Shown here in pieces: positions 40,421 through 41,633 of a stretch of 41,633 nucleotides of DNA. A program made the translations under genes and the position numbers. The stretch's first letter is position 1, and each line of letters opens with the position of its first letter. This stretch comes from Candidatus Limnocylindrales bacterium. Lineage in GTDB: Bacteria; Chloroflexota; Limnocylindria; Limnocylindrales; CSP1-4. Where the stretch lies: assembly GCA_046704485.1 (NCBI GenBank), contig JBJKRU010000141.1, forward strand, positions 1-41,633. Reading direction: 5' to 3'. The notes beneath the pieces are model-generated. The model saw only the letters and a list, made by a program, of their open reading frames with translations, was not told where the DNA came from and did no database searches.

Positions 40421-41633
40421 ATGTCCTTCGACAGCCTCGGGCTGGCGCCCCACTACCTGCGCGCCGTCGCCGACGAGGGCTACACCGAGCCCACGCCGAT
40501 CCAGCGCCAAGCGATCCCGCTGGTCCTCGCCGGCCGCGACCTGCTCGCCGCGGCCCAGACCGGCACCGGCAAGACGGCCGCCTTCGTCCTGCCCATGCTC
40601 CAGCGCCTGGCCGACGCCGACCCGGCTGCCGGCATCGCCCGCCCGGCCTTCGGCATGCCCGTGCACCCGCCCGTCCGGGCGCTGGTGCTCACGCCCACCC
40701 GCGAGCTCGCGCTCCAGGTGGAGGAGAGCGTCCGCACCTACGGCCGGCACCGGCCCGTCCGCTCCGTCGCGATCTACGGCGGGGTGGGCTTCAACCCGCA
40801 GGCGAGCGCGCTTCGCAAGGGCGCGCCCGTCGTGGTCGCAACGCCGGGACGCCTGCTCGACCACATGTCGCAGCACACGATCGACCTCTCGCGCGTGGAG
40901 ATCGTCGTCCTCGACGAGGCGGACCGCATGCTCGACATGGGGTTCATCCGCGACATCCGCCGCGTGCTGGTGCAGCTGCCGGCCCGGCGCCAGAGCCTGC
41001 TCTTCTCGGCCACCTTCTCGGACGAGATCCGCGCCCTCGCTGAGGGCCTCCTCGTCGACCCGGCCACGGTGGACGTGGCGCCCCGGAACACGGCCGCCGA
41101 ACTCGTGGAGCATCTGGTGATCCCCGTCGACCGCACGCGCAAACGCGACCTGCTGACCCACCTCGTGGGATCGGGCGAGGTCTCGCAGGCGCTCGTGTTC
41201 ACGCGCACCAAGCATGGAGCGAACCGCCTCGCCGACCAGCTGGTGCGCGACGGCATCGTCGCCGCGGCCATCCACGGCAACAAGAGCCAGGCGCAGCGGG
41301 TCCGGGCGCTCGACGACTTCAAGGCCGGCCGGGTGGGCATCCTCGTCGCCACCGACATCGCCGCCCGCGGGATCGACATCGAGGCCCTGCCGCACGTCGT
41401 CAACTACGAGCTGCCGACGGTCGCCTCCGACTACGTGCACCGGATCGGCCGCACGGGTCGGGCCGGCGTCGGCGGTCACGCGATTTCGCTGGTATCGGTG
41501 GAGGAGGCGGAGCTCCTGCGCGCCATCCAGCGCCTGCTGCGTCGGTCGCTGCCGTCGGCGGTGGTGCCGGGCTTCGAGCCGGACCGATCAGCGAGCCTCG
41601 AGCCGCTCGGGGCACGGCGAAGCGAGCCCGCAC
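40421..41633 (+). CDS. DEAD-box ATP-dependent RNA helicase (RhlE-like), 3' end outside the window
   Basis: Absent from the ORF track because it has no stop in the window. ATG 40421 ([16 protein letters not shown]). Q motif [57 protein letters not shown]. Confidence 0.9.
   Translation, partial: MSFDSLGLAPHYLRAVADEGYTEPTPIQRQAIPLVLAGRDLLAAAQTGTGKTAAFVLPMLQRLADADPAAGIARPAFGMPVHPPVRALVLTPTRELALQVEESVRTYGRHRPVRSVAIYGGVGFNPQASALRKGAPVVVATPGRLLDHMSQHTIDLSRVEIVVLDEADRMLDMGFIRDIRRVLVQLPARRQSLLFSATFSDEIRALAEGLLVDPATVDVAPRNTAAELVEHLVIPVDRTRKRDLLTHLVGSGEVSQALVFTRTKHGANRLADQLVRDGIVAAAIHGNKSQAQRVRALDDFKAGRVGILVATDIAARGIDIEALPHVVNYELPTVASDYVHRIGRTGRAGVGGHAISLVSVEEAELLRAIQRLLRRSLPSAVVPGFEPDRSASLEPLGARRSEPA

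Noticed and set aside
1-41633. Scan for CRISPR arrays, rRNA genes, IS elements, transposases, integrases and retron or DGR-type reverse transcriptases
   Set aside because: I saw no regularly spaced direct repeats, no rRNA-like conserved blocks, no DDE or tyrosine/serine recombinase motifs, and no YxDD reverse-transcriptase motif in any convincing ORF. The scan was by eye only, so small elements could be missed.

Overview
This is a high-GC 41.6-kb window with Actinomycetota-like codon usage. Almost every frame stays open, so many long ORFs in the track are antisense or alternate-frame artefacts. I separated real genes from artefacts by recognisable motifs, third-position G/C richness and start/stop overlap. 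The track prints GTG starts as M.

The window has two very different halves.

(1) Positions 1 to about 21,000 form an accessory/defence island with 13 consecutive minus-strand genes:
- a HigB-HigA-SecB-like toxin-antitoxin-chaperone (TAC) module;
- a DUF429 (RNase H-fold) gene plus a PD-(D/E)xK gene;
- a restriction endonuclease with an Mrr catalytic domain;
- a C5 cytosine methyltransferase;
- a tightly overlapped five-gene block: a 1572-aa sacsin/GHKL-ATPase::SF2-helicase fusion, a UvrD-like SF1 helicase, a DrmA-like helicase, DrmB (DUF1998), and a NERD-nuclease::SF1-helicase.

The DrmA/DrmB core plus the C5 methyltransferase points to a DISARM-type system. The partner genes are not the canonical DrmC/DrmD/DrmE set, and this is my main candidate for a previously undescribed system. 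The island is flanked on the left by a partial membrane protein that may be a conjugative coupling protein. On the right it is flanked by a tRNA-Gly 3' fragment (putative att scar) and decayed defence-gene remnants.

(2) Positions about 21,000 to 41,633 look like ordinary chromosome:
- DUF998 and CPBP membrane proteins;
- a GT1 glycosyltransferase;
- an adenylate cyclase-NTPase-TPR regulator;
- a Met-rich DM13 lipoprotein;
- an ABC-2 exporter pair;
- M28 and M23 peptidases;
- a propeller-repeat protein;
- a GNAT acetyltransferase;
- an LLM oxidoreductase;
- zinc-ribbon proteins;
- a 3'-truncated DEAD-box RNA helicase.

I found no rRNA, CRISPR array, transposase or integrase in the window. All functional calls come from motif recognition by eye, and no database search was run.
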